Assembly: GCA_037127915.1 (NCBI GenBank)
Contig: JBAXXL010000023.1
Coordinates: forward strand, 319-64,318
Direction of reading: 5' to 3'
DNA: 64,000 nucleotides
Source: a bacterium
GTDB taxonomy: Bacteria; Bacteroidota; Ignavibacteria; Kapaibacteriales; UBA2268
The notes beneath the pieces were generated by a model. It saw nothing but the letters and a program-made list of their open reading frames with translations. It searched no databases and was not told the DNA's origin. Within the stretch, counting starts at the first letter, position 1; every line of letters begins with the position of its first letter. Position numbers and translations under genes: made by a program. This document shows, piece after piece, positions 39,401-48,946 of the stretch.

Positions 39401-39958
39401 GCTAATCCTACTGTCAAGCGTGGAAACGATGTTGCCTTCAAAGTTGAACTATTGGCAGGAGCGGAGCCTTTAACCGTGGGTTGGAAATTCAATGGCGAAA
39501 TCATCAAAGAAAGTGTTTGGGATGAATTTAATAGCGATAAATTGCTGACCTTATTGCTTGAATCAGTAAACGAAAATCAAGCCGGAGAATATATCTGCTA
39601 CTTGGAAAATGAATGTGCTTTGAAAGAAGTAAATTTCCACTTAAATGTAACGAAATGGGATGAGGCAAACAGTGTAGAAGAAATTTCTGAAAATGGGTAC
39701 TCACTATATACAGCAATTCCTAATCCGACAAACGAAACTGCGACCATAAAATATATAATGCCGCGCTCAGGATTGGTAAAATTTACTTTATCCGATATTA
39801 GCGGTCGAACAATAAGAAATCTGTTTGAAGGATATGCAGTTGAAGGAATGAATACTTTGCTGATCAATGTAAAGCAACTCCATTTATCTACGGGAGTATA
39901 TTTCTATACTATGACAAGTGAAAATTTCTCCGGAGTACGTTCGATTATAGTAGAATAG
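36419..39958 (+). CDS. T9SS cargo protein: N-terminal LamG-like lectin domain, sialate O-acetylesterase-like (SASA/DUF303) domain, Ig-like repeats and a sorting domain
   Basis: 1179 aa. LamG_3-like N-terminus. SASA block I LLDGQSNTQ, block III WYQGESN, D..H (HDGCHY). Ig-like repeats (YQWYKDGVEL, YSWQKDGVDL). C-terminal sorting domain (IPNPTNETATIKY...GVYFYTMTS). Confidence 0.65.
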   Translation: MKIIFIIYLVTLFNIVNCQAQLPSGTILHLKADAGLVLNGDKVVEWQDQTNSEIKAFQTDGSLQPVYVSDGINGKPTVRFDGTKFLEASAVFPVFEDYSLFFVVSISSFNYYNMMVSGNGHGVFYNPPRAFHTNTSVQAISNKTLSLNKPALMSVIYTESTQTVKLYMDGVLVAEAQVGSNYDPIIFLGAYYQNYFLCGDIPEVILYERAMDNAEQKSAESYLFDKYLIERPEDGLPDKTFTAIPANYQLFPRDKDNYTNVKIAGNFKQTKFNKISVKVYKNNKITETISQNLDFVNGSAAFNFDCKIHAELSNYKFLISAVNSSRDSIMKVRHNIVAGDVILLDGQSNTQANNNYYDINDFIRTFGGNFSNSAADTLWALGDDWSTGLLTNIGAWGMTLAQRILENQKVPVCVINGAVGGTIIESHLPVPGDRYNLSSIYGSMLYRVEKAKLKNAARALFWYQGESNGVWDYENNFITLTNEWLKDYPNIQKIYTVQIHTGCGGGYTHSQLREVERRMPEIIKNVKVETIAASGLPGHDGCHYELIGYQTLGEQLYRQYNRDFFGSKDTVAISSPNISEAFFTSPSKEQIALVFKPKLTKMRAQADTVVSGIEASLKDYIYLSDGAKIMSINCVNDTVFLNLDRGSKSQTITYVPELYYHDSYIIYEGPWFFNQRNMGALTFDQFPIVEKKAIIIDNFTKELIACANTENNFIICAASESGGAVAQYQWYKDGVELSGETNPKLDFPNFDYPISGIYQCKVSAKGDSKALLSGDIPVYALSLPEITDQPKEIINAQIGGIYSFEVKAHYRGKVPPYYKQFFQWYKYTAATNEFTPLPNGGKFAGATSSILIVTGLSDEDFCRNGDYYFVEIVSQCGSVRSNPFIISQKPEIVFRDNPKDFNVCANTDVVFEAFAIAPVGYAIDYSWQKDGVDLINNAQYNGVNTTKLQIFNVDITQMGSYKCIAKIVSENISVESTAGTLTFKSEPIAAALSDANPTVKRGNDVAFKVELLAGAEPLTVGWKFNGEIIKESVWDEFNSDKLLTLLLESVNENQAGEYICYLENECALKEVNFHLNVTKWDEANSVEEISENGYSLYTAIPNPTNETATIKYIMPRSGLVKFTLSDISGRTIRNLFEGYAVEGMNTLLINVKQLHLSTGVYFYTMTSENFSGVRSIIVE

Positions 39959-40202
39959 AATGGAAAATTTTGTGAAATAAGTTTGAAGTATTAATAAGTA
40001 TTATGTAAACTTGAATGGTAGTTTATTGGAATAAGACATTATTAAGAAAAATTAATTATTTATAAACTACAGATACAAAAGGATTTGCAACGACCTAAAA
40101 AATATTTTTAATTTTCCTGTAACTTTTTTTGTTTTCATGTGTCTTATAACATACGTTTTGTACAATAATTAGAATTTTATTAATTACTAATGGAGAACAA
40201 AG

Positions 40203-41507
40203 ATGATTTACAAACGAGATTTTCATTTCTTGATTATCTTCCTGTTAAGTTTACTTTTCTTAAATTCGTGCGATACCGCAAATGTTACTGCCCCAGTGAA
40301 AAAAGCTAATTTGGAAGGTTATGTTATTGATTACATAACATACGAAAAAATGTCCGGAGCATTTGTAAAAACAGAACCTGCAACAACGGTGGTTATTACG
40401 GACAATACAGGAAAATTTGTTTTCGAGAATATTGAAGTCAAAGAGTACGTTGTTACAGCACAAAAAAATGGTTATTTCGATGGCAATATAAAAATTGTAT
40501 TAGATGCCGATAATACTAACTCTGTGATCATTCCTATGCGCGACCTGAAAAGTAATTTCGGCAATCTGCACGGATATCTTTACAGCAACCAAACAAAGAG
40601 ACCTATTGCGAATATCGATATCGAAACGATTCCTTTCAATGCAACTGCAAAAACCGACGATAAAGGATATTTTAGTATCGATTTACCACAAGAAAAATTT
40701 ACCTTAGTGTTTAAATCGGCAAATTATAAAACTTACTATCTCAACGACATTCAGGTAACCGGTAAGGTGACAGATGATTATAAATTATATTTGGAACCAT
40801 CTATTCCTGATGGAAATTCATCTTTAGCAAACTACGAAAAAGTATATTATAATTTTGAAAATGGTTATCCTTATGACTTGAGCGGTAATGGTAATCACGG
40901 CTCTTATGTTGGTGAGATTAATTATTCGTCCGGCCGATTCGGTGACGCTGTACATTTAACCGCCGGTAGTGAAAAATATATTTCATTTATTACTGTACCC
41001 TTTATAGATTACGCTAAATTAATGAAGTATTCTGTTGTTATTTGGGCAAAAGAAGAAAATCCAATAGTTAATAATAAAAGTATCTATTATTTCTTTACAG
41101 GTGACGAAAGTATGGGATTTGCTGGAATCGGCCGCAGTAGCTTATGGAATGATAGCACGGATTCTCAAAAGTATTTATGTTTTAGCACCGGAGCCGATAA
41201 GAGTACTATTTATTCACCATATATTCATCATTTTACTATTGATTACAATTCTTGGAATATGTACACTATCGTTAAAGACGGTGATATGATGACTGTTTAT
41301 ATCAATAAAGATAAGGTTGCAACTCTTCAGCAGAATAAAGCCATTAAACCAACTGTTCATTACATAGGCAAATATATTAATACAGAAAATTTAGTTAGCA
41401 CTTTCAACAATTTTGGCGGATACATTGACGAATTCAGAGTGTTTAATACTACTTTAACAGAAGAACAAGTGGCTAATCTATTTTACAATAATTCATTAGG
41501 TAAATAA
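40203..41507 (+). CDS. Lipoprotein with two CarbopepD_reg-like domains and a C-terminal LamG (Laminin_G_3) lectin-like domain; tandem paralog 1 of 4
   Basis: 434 aa. Lipobox LFLNSCDT. CarbopepD_reg-like segments (GYVIDY...VITDNTGKFVFENI). LamG_3 ending YIDEFRVFNTTLTEEQVANLF. Confidence 0.6.
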   Translation: MIYKRDFHFLIIFLLSLLFLNSCDTANVTAPVKKANLEGYVIDYITYEKMSGAFVKTEPATTVVITDNTGKFVFENIEVKEYVVTAQKNGYFDGNIKIVLDADNTNSVIIPMRDLKSNFGNLHGYLYSNQTKRPIANIDIETIPFNATAKTDDKGYFSIDLPQEKFTLVFKSANYKTYYLNDIQVTGKVTDDYKLYLEPSIPDGNSSLANYEKVYYNFENGYPYDLSGNGNHGSYVGEINYSSGRFGDAVHLTAGSEKYISFITVPFIDYAKLMKYSVVIWAKEENPIVNNKSIYYFFTGDESMGFAGIGRSSLWNDSTDSQKYLCFSTGADKSTIYSPYIHHFTIDYNSWNMYTIVKDGDMMTVYINKDKVATLQQNKAIKPTVHYIGKYINTENLVSTFNNFGGYIDEFRVFNTTLTEEQVANLFYNNSLGK

Positions 41508-41534
41508 CCTTATCAATATCGAAAGGAATGAAAA

Positions 41535-42836
41535 ATGAAAAAGTTTATTATTGTGGTTACGCTTTTTGCATTAATTATTATGCTGGATGCATGCACAGAT
41601 AAGAACGTTGTGAAACCATTAGCAAAAGGCTCTGTTAACGGGGTTGTAGTGGATTATGTTACAGGTACACCGCTTGGAAATGTATTTATCTCCTCGGAAC
41701 CGGCTTTCACAACCAAAAAAACAGATAACACCGGTTCGTTTACATTGGATAATCTCGAACCTAATGAATATCAAATAATAGCAGAAAAATCCGATTACGA
41801 GGTGGCAAAAGTTTTAGTACATATAACTGAAGGGAAGACAACTAGTGTTAATATTCCTATGATGAAGAAAAATTTGCAGTATGCGAGATTAAGCGGTACA
41901 ATATTAGGAAGTATCGATACATTACCGCTGAAAGATGTTGAGTTAACTATTAATCCTGAAATCGATGCTTTAAAGGATCTTAAAACCGATGCCGATGGAA
42001 AATTCGATTTGTCATTGCCGCCTGGAGTTTATTCTATTACGTTTATCAAAAAAGATTATTTAACATTGGTTAAGACATTTTCATTCAATCCGTTTCAAAC
42101 TATCTCCAAAGATTTCATTATGGAATTCACTGAAGAATATGTAAATCCGACCAACGTAGTAGATCATTTGGTATATTATAGCTTTGATGAGACCGACAAT
42201 TATTTACAAGATTTTTCCGGTAACAATTTCAACGGAGTTAAATCGGGGACTATTACAACTGAAACCGGTAAATTTGGCAATTGCATCAGGACAACAGGTA
42301 CAACTGATGCCTCAGGCGGCTGGATTAGTATTCCTATGATCCTTAATGAAACAACATTCAGCATAAACTTTTGGGTAAAAGAAATTAGTTTAGCTTATTC
42401 AGGGGGGCAATCATATTTCCAAATCGGCTTGCAAAATACAGGAACTTGTTTTATTGGTAGGTCGGTTCCATGGAGTATATCAGGAGGCGGAACTGATTTG
42501 TTTTATCAATTTGCGGTTGGCGGTAACAATACTCAAACTACTAAACAACCCTTGTATGTTAACGATAATTCCTATACCCCTGCAAATTGGAATATGTTTA
42601 CTTTGGTTTATAAGACGGGGACTATGACAGCTTATATTAATGGCCAAAATGTAGGTTCCCAACAACAAAATTTTGAAATAGGTACAAGCAATAAAATAGG
42701 TATAGGTATCCAATGGTGGTCGTCTAATGCGTCAACAAGACTAAGTGCTTATTATGATGAGTTTAGAATTTTGAATGTTGGTCTTACTGCTCAACAAGTA
42801 TCACTATTGTATCAAAATAATATTTATTCCAGATAA
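41535..42836 (+). CDS. CarbopepD_reg-LamG lipoprotein, tandem paralog 2
   Basis: 433 aa. Lipobox IMLDACTD. ~45-50% identity to paralogs 3 and 4. LamG_3 ending YYDEFRILNVGLTAQQVSLLY. Confidence 0.6.
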   Translation: MKKFIIVVTLFALIIMLDACTDKNVVKPLAKGSVNGVVVDYVTGTPLGNVFISSEPAFTTKKTDNTGSFTLDNLEPNEYQIIAEKSDYEVAKVLVHITEGKTTSVNIPMMKKNLQYARLSGTILGSIDTLPLKDVELTINPEIDALKDLKTDADGKFDLSLPPGVYSITFIKKDYLTLVKTFSFNPFQTISKDFIMEFTEEYVNPTNVVDHLVYYSFDETDNYLQDFSGNNFNGVKSGTITTETGKFGNCIRTTGTTDASGGWISIPMILNETTFSINFWVKEISLAYSGGQSYFQIGLQNTGTCFIGRSVPWSISGGGTDLFYQFAVGGNNTQTTKQPLYVNDNSYTPANWNMFTLVYKTGTMTAYINGQNVGSQQQNFEIGTSNKIGIGIQWWSSNASTRLSAYYDEFRILNVGLTAQQVSLLYQNNIYSR

Positions 42837-42866
42837 ATTAAATTATCGAAAATTGAAGGTAAAAAA

Positions 42867-44171
42867 ATGAAAAGAACAATTTTGATTTTAGGGCTGATTT
42901 GTTTATTTATCATTTCTGCATGTAATGAAAATAATCCTGTTAGCCCAATCCAGAAAGGCTTTATCAGTGGTCAAGTAACTGATTATACTACCGGCCAGCC
43001 TATAGCTAACGTATTGGTAACAACTTGTCCTTCTTCTCGAACCGCGCTGACAGATAATAATGGTAGATTCATTTTAGAAAATATTACTACTGGTGAATAT
43101 AGATTAATTGCGGAAAAAAACGAATTTTCGCCGTCATCTTCCAAAGTGAGCGTTTTATCAAACGATACTACCGATATTGCTGTACCTATGAAATTATCGT
43201 TGAATAAATACGGTTTATTGTATGGTTTATTAACCGACGAGAAGAGTTCACCCCTTGATAGTGTTGAAGTGATTATTAGTGATGGAGCAGAAACAATAGC
43301 TGATACGATTACCGATAGTAAAGGATTTTATAGCATAGCTCTTCCATTCGGCAAATATTATGTGACTTTAAGTAAATCAAATTACCAACCTGTGGATAAG
43401 GATGTTGAAGTTTTAAAAAATCAAGCGATTAATTTGAATGTTGTGTTAATCAAGACTGAAATAGAGATTCCTATCCCAAGTAAATCAGAATTATATGTTT
43501 ACTATAGTTTTAACGTTGATCCAGGAACGACTAATGTAACAGACAATTCAGCAAATGGTTTTAATGGTACGTTGATGAACAAAGACTGTGTATATGAAAC
43601 CGGCAAGTTTGGCAATTGCATAAGATTGATAGGTAAACCCGGTATCACCGGTTGTTGGATTAAACTTCCATGTGCAATGAACCTGCCGGAGTTTACTGTT
43701 AACATGTGGGTTAAAGAGATAAGCTCTAATTGGGGGTCAGGACAAGCATATTTCCAAGCAGGGAATAATTCCAATTCTGTGTGTTTGATCGCCCGTAACG
43801 CTTTTTTCAGTATAGTATCTAACACTTCTGAACTTGATTACAATTTTGCCGTGGGAGCAATAAATACTAGCGGTGCTTCTAATACTCCAATTACTTTAGC
43901 TGACAATGGGTATGATCCTTATGCTTGGAATATGTTTACATTGGTATATAAGAAAGAGGGTTTAATGGACGCATATATTAATGCTAAATTAGTTGGATCA
44001 AAAAATCAGGCGTTCAACATAAACCCAAGTGGTAATATAGGAATAAATGTGCAATGGTGGTCTGGTGATGGTGCTACCAGATTGACAGCTTGCTACGATG
44101 AGTTTAGAATTGATAAATCAGCTTTGTCCACAACAAAAATAGAAAGACTTTATAAAGAAAATAAATATTAA
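42867..44171 (+). CDS. CarbopepD_reg-LamG lipoprotein, tandem paralog 3
   Basis: 434 aa. Lipobox IISACNEN. Shared core motifs ETGKFGNCIR...WVKEIS...GQAYFQAGNN...AWNMFTLVYK...CYDEFRI. Confidence 0.6.
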   Translation: MKRTILILGLICLFIISACNENNPVSPIQKGFISGQVTDYTTGQPIANVLVTTCPSSRTALTDNNGRFILENITTGEYRLIAEKNEFSPSSSKVSVLSNDTTDIAVPMKLSLNKYGLLYGLLTDEKSSPLDSVEVIISDGAETIADTITDSKGFYSIALPFGKYYVTLSKSNYQPVDKDVEVLKNQAINLNVVLIKTEIEIPIPSKSELYVYYSFNVDPGTTNVTDNSANGFNGTLMNKDCVYETGKFGNCIRLIGKPGITGCWIKLPCAMNLPEFTVNMWVKEISSNWGSGQAYFQAGNNSNSVCLIARNAFFSIVSNTSELDYNFAVGAINTSGASNTPITLADNGYDPYAWNMFTLVYKKEGLMDAYINAKLVGSKNQAFNINPSGNIGINVQWWSGDGATRLTACYDEFRIDKSALSTTKIERLYKENKY

Positions 44172-44320
44172 CTTTTTTTAGAGAAAAAATTAAATTTAAG
44201 GAATAATTGACGGAGATTTCTTATATTTGCATATTGGTTTTAAAATAAAGTATTTTTTCAAAAAATAATAGGTTTTTTTCAGAAAAAAAAATGTGTTTTT
44301 AGAATATATTAGGTGTCTTT

Positions 44321-45625
44321 ATGTTAAAAAAATTATTAATCCTCGTGGTACTTCTATCGCCGATTCTTTTCGGCTGTAAGGAAGATACCCCTGTAACTCC
44401 GAGTACAAACGGAAATATTGCCGGCGTTGTACTTGATTTCGATTCTGCTTTGCCATTGGAAAATGTATTTGTTTCAACAATTCCAATCACAACAACAGTA
44501 AAAACAGATGCTCAAGGAAGGTTTACCTTAGAAAATCTGGAAGCTCAAGTTTACAAATTAGTTGTCGAAAAATCAGGGTATGATTCTTACACTACCTCGA
44601 TTTCAGTGCTCGCGACAAAAACTACTCAAATCACTGTTCCGCTCAAATCAAAAACTTCCGGTTACGGAACAATTAGCGGATTTGTTACCAACAAAAAAGA
44701 TTTGAAACCAATCAGCAATGTGATTATTTCAATTTCGCCTGCACCGGATGGATGGACCGATATTAGTACCGACGATACAGGTTATTACACAATTCAATTA
44801 CCGGCAGGTGTTTACACCATGCATTTAACTAAAACTGATTTTAAATCTATAAGCAAAGTATTTACTTTAACCAAAAGCGAATCCGCAAATTTAGATATCG
44901 TTATGGAAGAAGGAACTACTGATCCGCCTATTGATGAAAATTTATATGTTTATTACAGTTTTGATACTCAATTAGGCGGTTCTGCTGTAAAAGATAATTC
45001 CGGCAATGGTTATAACGCCCAAATCGTAAATAATTGTCAATATGAAACAGGTAAGTTTGGAAGTGCAATTAAAACAATAGAAGGTTCAGGTTATTCAGGT
45101 GGATGGATTAAAATGGATTTCCCCTTCAATTTATCTGAATTCACTATAAGTTTTTGGGTTAAAGAAGTATCCGCAGAGTTTGGTGGAGGTCAAGCATACT
45201 TCCAAGCAGGGAACAATGATGATGGTGTATGCCTTATGGGAAGGAATGGAGCTTGGTCTAATATGAATTCAATAGGCGATGGGATAAATTATCATTTTGC
45301 TGTAGGAGCCAACAGTAACGATTATAATGGCTCTAAAGTTCCTTTAGCAGTTAATGACGTAAACTACAATCCTGAATCATGGAATATGTTAACCATGACT
45401 TATAAAAATGGGAAATTTTATGCATATATAAATGGAAATTTAGTTGGTTCAAAGAACCAACCTTTTTCCGTTGTTCAATCTGATTTGATGGGCCTTGGAA
45501 TACAATGGTGGGAAAGTAGTGCTTCAACAAGGCTTACTGCCTATTATGATGAGTTTAGAATATATACAGTATCGTTAACTCAATCCCAAATCACGAATTT
45601 ATACGAAACGAATTCCTTGAATTAA
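44321..45625 (+). CDS. CarbopepD_reg-LamG lipoprotein, tandem paralog 4
   Basis: 434 aa. Lipobox ILFGCKED. Same core motifs. Terminator hairpin at 45654-45685. Confidence 0.6.
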   Translation: MLKKLLILVVLLSPILFGCKEDTPVTPSTNGNIAGVVLDFDSALPLENVFVSTIPITTTVKTDAQGRFTLENLEAQVYKLVVEKSGYDSYTTSISVLATKTTQITVPLKSKTSGYGTISGFVTNKKDLKPISNVIISISPAPDGWTDISTDDTGYYTIQLPAGVYTMHLTKTDFKSISKVFTLTKSESANLDIVMEEGTTDPPIDENLYVYYSFDTQLGGSAVKDNSGNGYNAQIVNNCQYETGKFGSAIKTIEGSGYSGGWIKMDFPFNLSEFTISFWVKEVSAEFGGGQAYFQAGNNDDGVCLMGRNGAWSNMNSIGDGINYHFAVGANSNDYNGSKVPLAVNDVNYNPESWNMLTMTYKNGKFYAYINGNLVGSKNQPFSVVQSDLMGLGIQWWESSASTRLTAYYDEFRIYTVSLTQSQITNLYETNSLN

Positions 45626-45653
45626 TTCCAAAATAAAAAAAATAATTCTTAAA

Positions 45654-45685
45654 GGCAGTTCCATAAACTGCCTTTTTCTTTTGAT
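45654..45685 (+). terminator. Rho-independent terminator (AAGGCAGTT-ccataa-AACTGCCTT plus T-run)
   Basis: Perfect 9-bp stem then TTTTCTTTTG, 28 nt after the stop of 44321..45625. Confidence 0.7.
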
Positions 45686-45780
45686 TGAAATTTAAAAAAA
45701 GTAAGTAAAAAGCAAATTGGGAACAGTTTTTGCTGATATTTTGTTAATTTTGTACTATTAAAAATAGATATATAAAGAAA

Positions 45781-47832
45781 ATGAAGCAAATACTTATACT
45801 CTCTGCATTTTTACTGATTTACTGCAATAGCTTACTGATTTCGCAAGATAATACTGAATATTCTCTTGAAGATTCATTACAAGTTTATGAAAACAAACCG
45901 CGATATGGAGGCTTTTTTCATTTAGGATATGATATTCATCTGGGAGACTTTTCGGGTATTCCGGGTATCCCGAGCTGTTGTCCATCTTATAATTTTGGAA
46001 TGGCACCGGGTATATCGGTTGGAGCACTATACGAAAGACATATTACGGATACTATAGGCTTAAGTTTTCGTTTGGGTTATAATACGATGAATGGAAAATT
46101 CCAATCCGTTGAGCCTACATGGGTAATTCTGGATGGTAAACAAGCTGATGGAGAGTTTACGCATTATTTCAATACCAATATGGGTGTTATATCGTTGGAA
46201 GCATTAGGAAGCTATAAGGTTTGGCGCGATATGGATGTGTATGCGGGTTTGAACTTTGGGCTTATAACTAATGCTGAATACAGCCAATATGAACTAATTA
46301 CTAAACCAGCGGACCGAGCAACATTTCTAAACGGTAAGCAAATAAGAAATGATACATCCGGTCCGATAGATGCTGTACGTCGTTTTCAATGCGGTTTGAC
46401 TTTGGGAGCGGGTTATCCCCTGCCGCTCAATGCGATAAGATCGCTATTTATTGTTCCCGAGGTATTTTATAGTTTTTATTTTACTCCTCCTGTAAAAGAA
46501 ACAACTTGGTTTGCGCAAAGTATAAAAGTAGGTGTGTCGATTAAATACAAACAACCGCCGCCACCACCAAAAGCTCCCGATCCTCCAATGGAGCCGGCAT
46601 CACCGCGTTGGTTGCCTGATCCGCCGGCATTACCTGCAATAACAGCTGATATTTCCGCACAACTATTAGATTCCGCCGGTAATGTCAAGGAAAACGAAAA
46701 TTTGGTTATCGAAGATTTCGTTTCACTAAATTTGAGACCGCTTTTAAATTATATTTTCTTTGAAGAAAACTCTGCTCAATTGCAGAATAAATATATAAAA
46801 CTTTCAAATCAAGAAACGAATAATTTTTCTGATAAAGATTTAGTTCAACTCGATGTATTAGAAACGTATTATCAAGCGTTAAATATTTTCGGAATGCGTC
46901 TGCGGAACAATCCTGATGTTACTATTACGCTTTTGGGTACGAATTCAAATTTGGGCGATGAAAAAGGGAATTTAACACTGTCAGAACAAAGAGCGCAAGC
47001 TGTTAAGGATTATTTCACCCAAGTCTGGGGTATTGATCCGGAAAGAATTAAGATTAAAGCCGTAAATTTACCACCTAAAAAATCGGACGATAGCGATTCT
47101 CCCGAATATGCTTCACAAGAAAACAGACGTGTAGAAATACTTTCGTCGTCTGACATTCTAAGCGAACCAGTAATAACAACCGATACAAAGCGCACTATAT
47201 CTGCCGATAAGATTCAGTTTTTGCCTAAAGTAAATTCGAATATCGATTTAGAATCTTGGAAAGTTGAAGCAAAGCAAGGCGATAAAGTTTTATCCAGTTT
47301 TTCAGCTCAAGGCACACCCCCGGAAGTTTTGGATTGGGATATTGATGCTAATAGCAAGAATGCTCCAACTACCTCAGGTGATATAACTTATTGCTTGGAT
47401 GTAAAAGATAAATTGGGACGTACGACACGTTCAAAATGCTTTAATTTACCTGTTGAGCAGATTACTATAAATAGAAAACGTAGTGAGAATATCAAAGATA
47501 AAGAATTTGAATATTACAGTTTGATATTATTTGATTATGGTAAATCAAATCTTTTAAAAGAACATTCAAAAGTTTTGGATTTTATAAAAGGTAGAATCAC
47601 TCCGAATGCTGTTGTTTATGTAAAAGGTTACACTGACCAAATGGGCGACGAAGAAACAAACGATAGAATAGCTGACAAACGCGCAAATTCCGTCGGTAAC
47701 AGCTTGAGAATAAATAAAGCCAATGTTATAGGATTGGGTGAAAAAGACGCCTTGTTCGATAACAGCACCCCTGAAGGACGCTTCTATTGCCGTACGGTAA
47801 GAATTGAAATTGAAACTCCGGTGGAAAAATAA
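45781..47832 (+). CDS. OmpA-family outer-membrane protein with N-terminal beta-barrel, Pro-rich linker and two OmpA-like peptidoglycan-binding domains
   Basis: 683 aa. Signal peptide. PPPPPKAPDPP linker. Two OmpA_C-like segments (TLLGTNSNLGDEKGNLTLSEQRAQAV; YVKGYTDQMGDEETNDRIADKRANSV). Confidence 0.6.
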   Translation: MKQILILSAFLLIYCNSLLISQDNTEYSLEDSLQVYENKPRYGGFFHLGYDIHLGDFSGIPGIPSCCPSYNFGMAPGISVGALYERHITDTIGLSFRLGYNTMNGKFQSVEPTWVILDGKQADGEFTHYFNTNMGVISLEALGSYKVWRDMDVYAGLNFGLITNAEYSQYELITKPADRATFLNGKQIRNDTSGPIDAVRRFQCGLTLGAGYPLPLNAIRSLFIVPEVFYSFYFTPPVKETTWFAQSIKVGVSIKYKQPPPPPKAPDPPMEPASPRWLPDPPALPAITADISAQLLDSAGNVKENENLVIEDFVSLNLRPLLNYIFFEENSAQLQNKYIKLSNQETNNFSDKDLVQLDVLETYYQALNIFGMRLRNNPDVTITLLGTNSNLGDEKGNLTLSEQRAQAVKDYFTQVWGIDPERIKIKAVNLPPKKSDDSDSPEYASQENRRVEILSSSDILSEPVITTDTKRTISADKIQFLPKVNSNIDLESWKVEAKQGDKVLSSFSAQGTPPEVLDWDIDANSKNAPTTSGDITYCLDVKDKLGRTTRSKCFNLPVEQITINRKRSENIKDKEFEYYSLILFDYGKSNLLKEHSKVLDFIKGRITPNAVVYVKGYTDQMGDEETNDRIADKRANSVGNSLRINKANVIGLGEKDALFDNSTPEGRFYCRTVRIEIETPVEK

Positions 47833-48938
47833 TGAGGGCTACACGAGCTTACATAAATTTGAAAAATTTAGAAGACAATATTGAGGCAATAAGAAAAGAA
47901 ATTCCCGAGTCTGAGATATTAACAGTTATAAAGGCTAATGCCTACGGTCATGGCGCGGTTGAAATCGCACGCGCTTTGCGCCGAATAAATATAAATTATA
48001 TTGGCGTAGCATTTCCTGAAGAAGGTGCCGCTCTAAGAGAGTCAGGGGATTTGGGTGAAATTGTTTGTATTGTCCCTTGTCGAAAAGATGATGTCTCAAT
48101 TTTACTGAATTATAATATTCAAACGGCGATATTCGATATTGATATTTTAAAATACTACTCCAATTATGCTATTGCAAACGGCAAGGTCATAACTGCGCAT
48201 TTGTTTATTAATACCGGTATGAACCGCGATGGTATCCGTTGGGACAAAGCTGTTGAGTTTATGGAGTTGGCAAAAAGCCACAAGGGTGTCAAAATTATCG
48301 GTTTAATGACTCATTATGCTACGTCGGATTTTAGAGAACGTAGTTTTGCTTTGGGGCAACTGAAAGATTTTAATACCGCTTATGAAGAATTAAAGAAAGC
48401 CGGTTTTAGGTTTCAATTTGTCCACTCCGCGAATAGCGGTGCTATTGCCAATCTGCCGGAATCCTACTACAATATGATACGCATGGGAATCAGCGTTTAT
48501 GGACTAATGCCTGAAGAAGAACTTTTAGACCAAATACCGCTTAAACCTGTATTGGAATTAAAAAGCGAAGTACTGGCTATTCAAGAGGTGAAATCGGGGG
48601 AAACGGTAGGGTATTCGTTTCAGTATTTTGCCCGGAATGATACTCGCATTGCAATCGTTCCAATCGGCTATGGTGATGGATATAGACGTTCACTTGGTAA
48701 CAAAGCGCAATGCTTAATTAACGGTAAACGATATTCGGTCGTAGGGTCAGTATGTATGGACCAAATATTTGTTGAAATCTTCCAAGATAAAATTAAAGTT
48801 GGTGATGAAGTTGTTTTAATCGGCAAACAAGGAAATGAATTTATTAGTGTATATGAATTAGCCAATTTTGCCGGGACAATTCCTTATGAAATAACCACCG
48901 GAATTTCGTCAAGAGTACCAAGAATTATAGTGGACTAA
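47832..48938 (+). CDS. alr: Alanine racemase
   Basis: 368 aa. PLP-lysine motif VIKANAYGHGAVE. C-terminal Alr beta-domain (YGDGYRR, SVCMDQIFV). The start codon overlaps the stop of the OmpA-family gene (ATGA). Confidence 0.9.
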   Translation: MRATRAYINLKNLEDNIEAIRKEIPESEILTVIKANAYGHGAVEIARALRRININYIGVAFPEEGAALRESGDLGEIVCIVPCRKDDVSILLNYNIQTAIFDIDILKYYSNYAIANGKVITAHLFINTGMNRDGIRWDKAVEFMELAKSHKGVKIIGLMTHYATSDFRERSFALGQLKDFNTAYEELKKAGFRFQFVHSANSGAIANLPESYYNMIRMGISVYGLMPEEELLDQIPLKPVLELKSEVLAIQEVKSGETVGYSFQYFARNDTRIAIVPIGYGDGYRRSLGNKAQCLINGKRYSVVGSVCMDQIFVEIFQDKIKVGDEVVLIGKQGNEFISVYELANFAGTIPYEITTGISSRVPRIIVD

Positions 48939-48946
48939 GCTGAATA

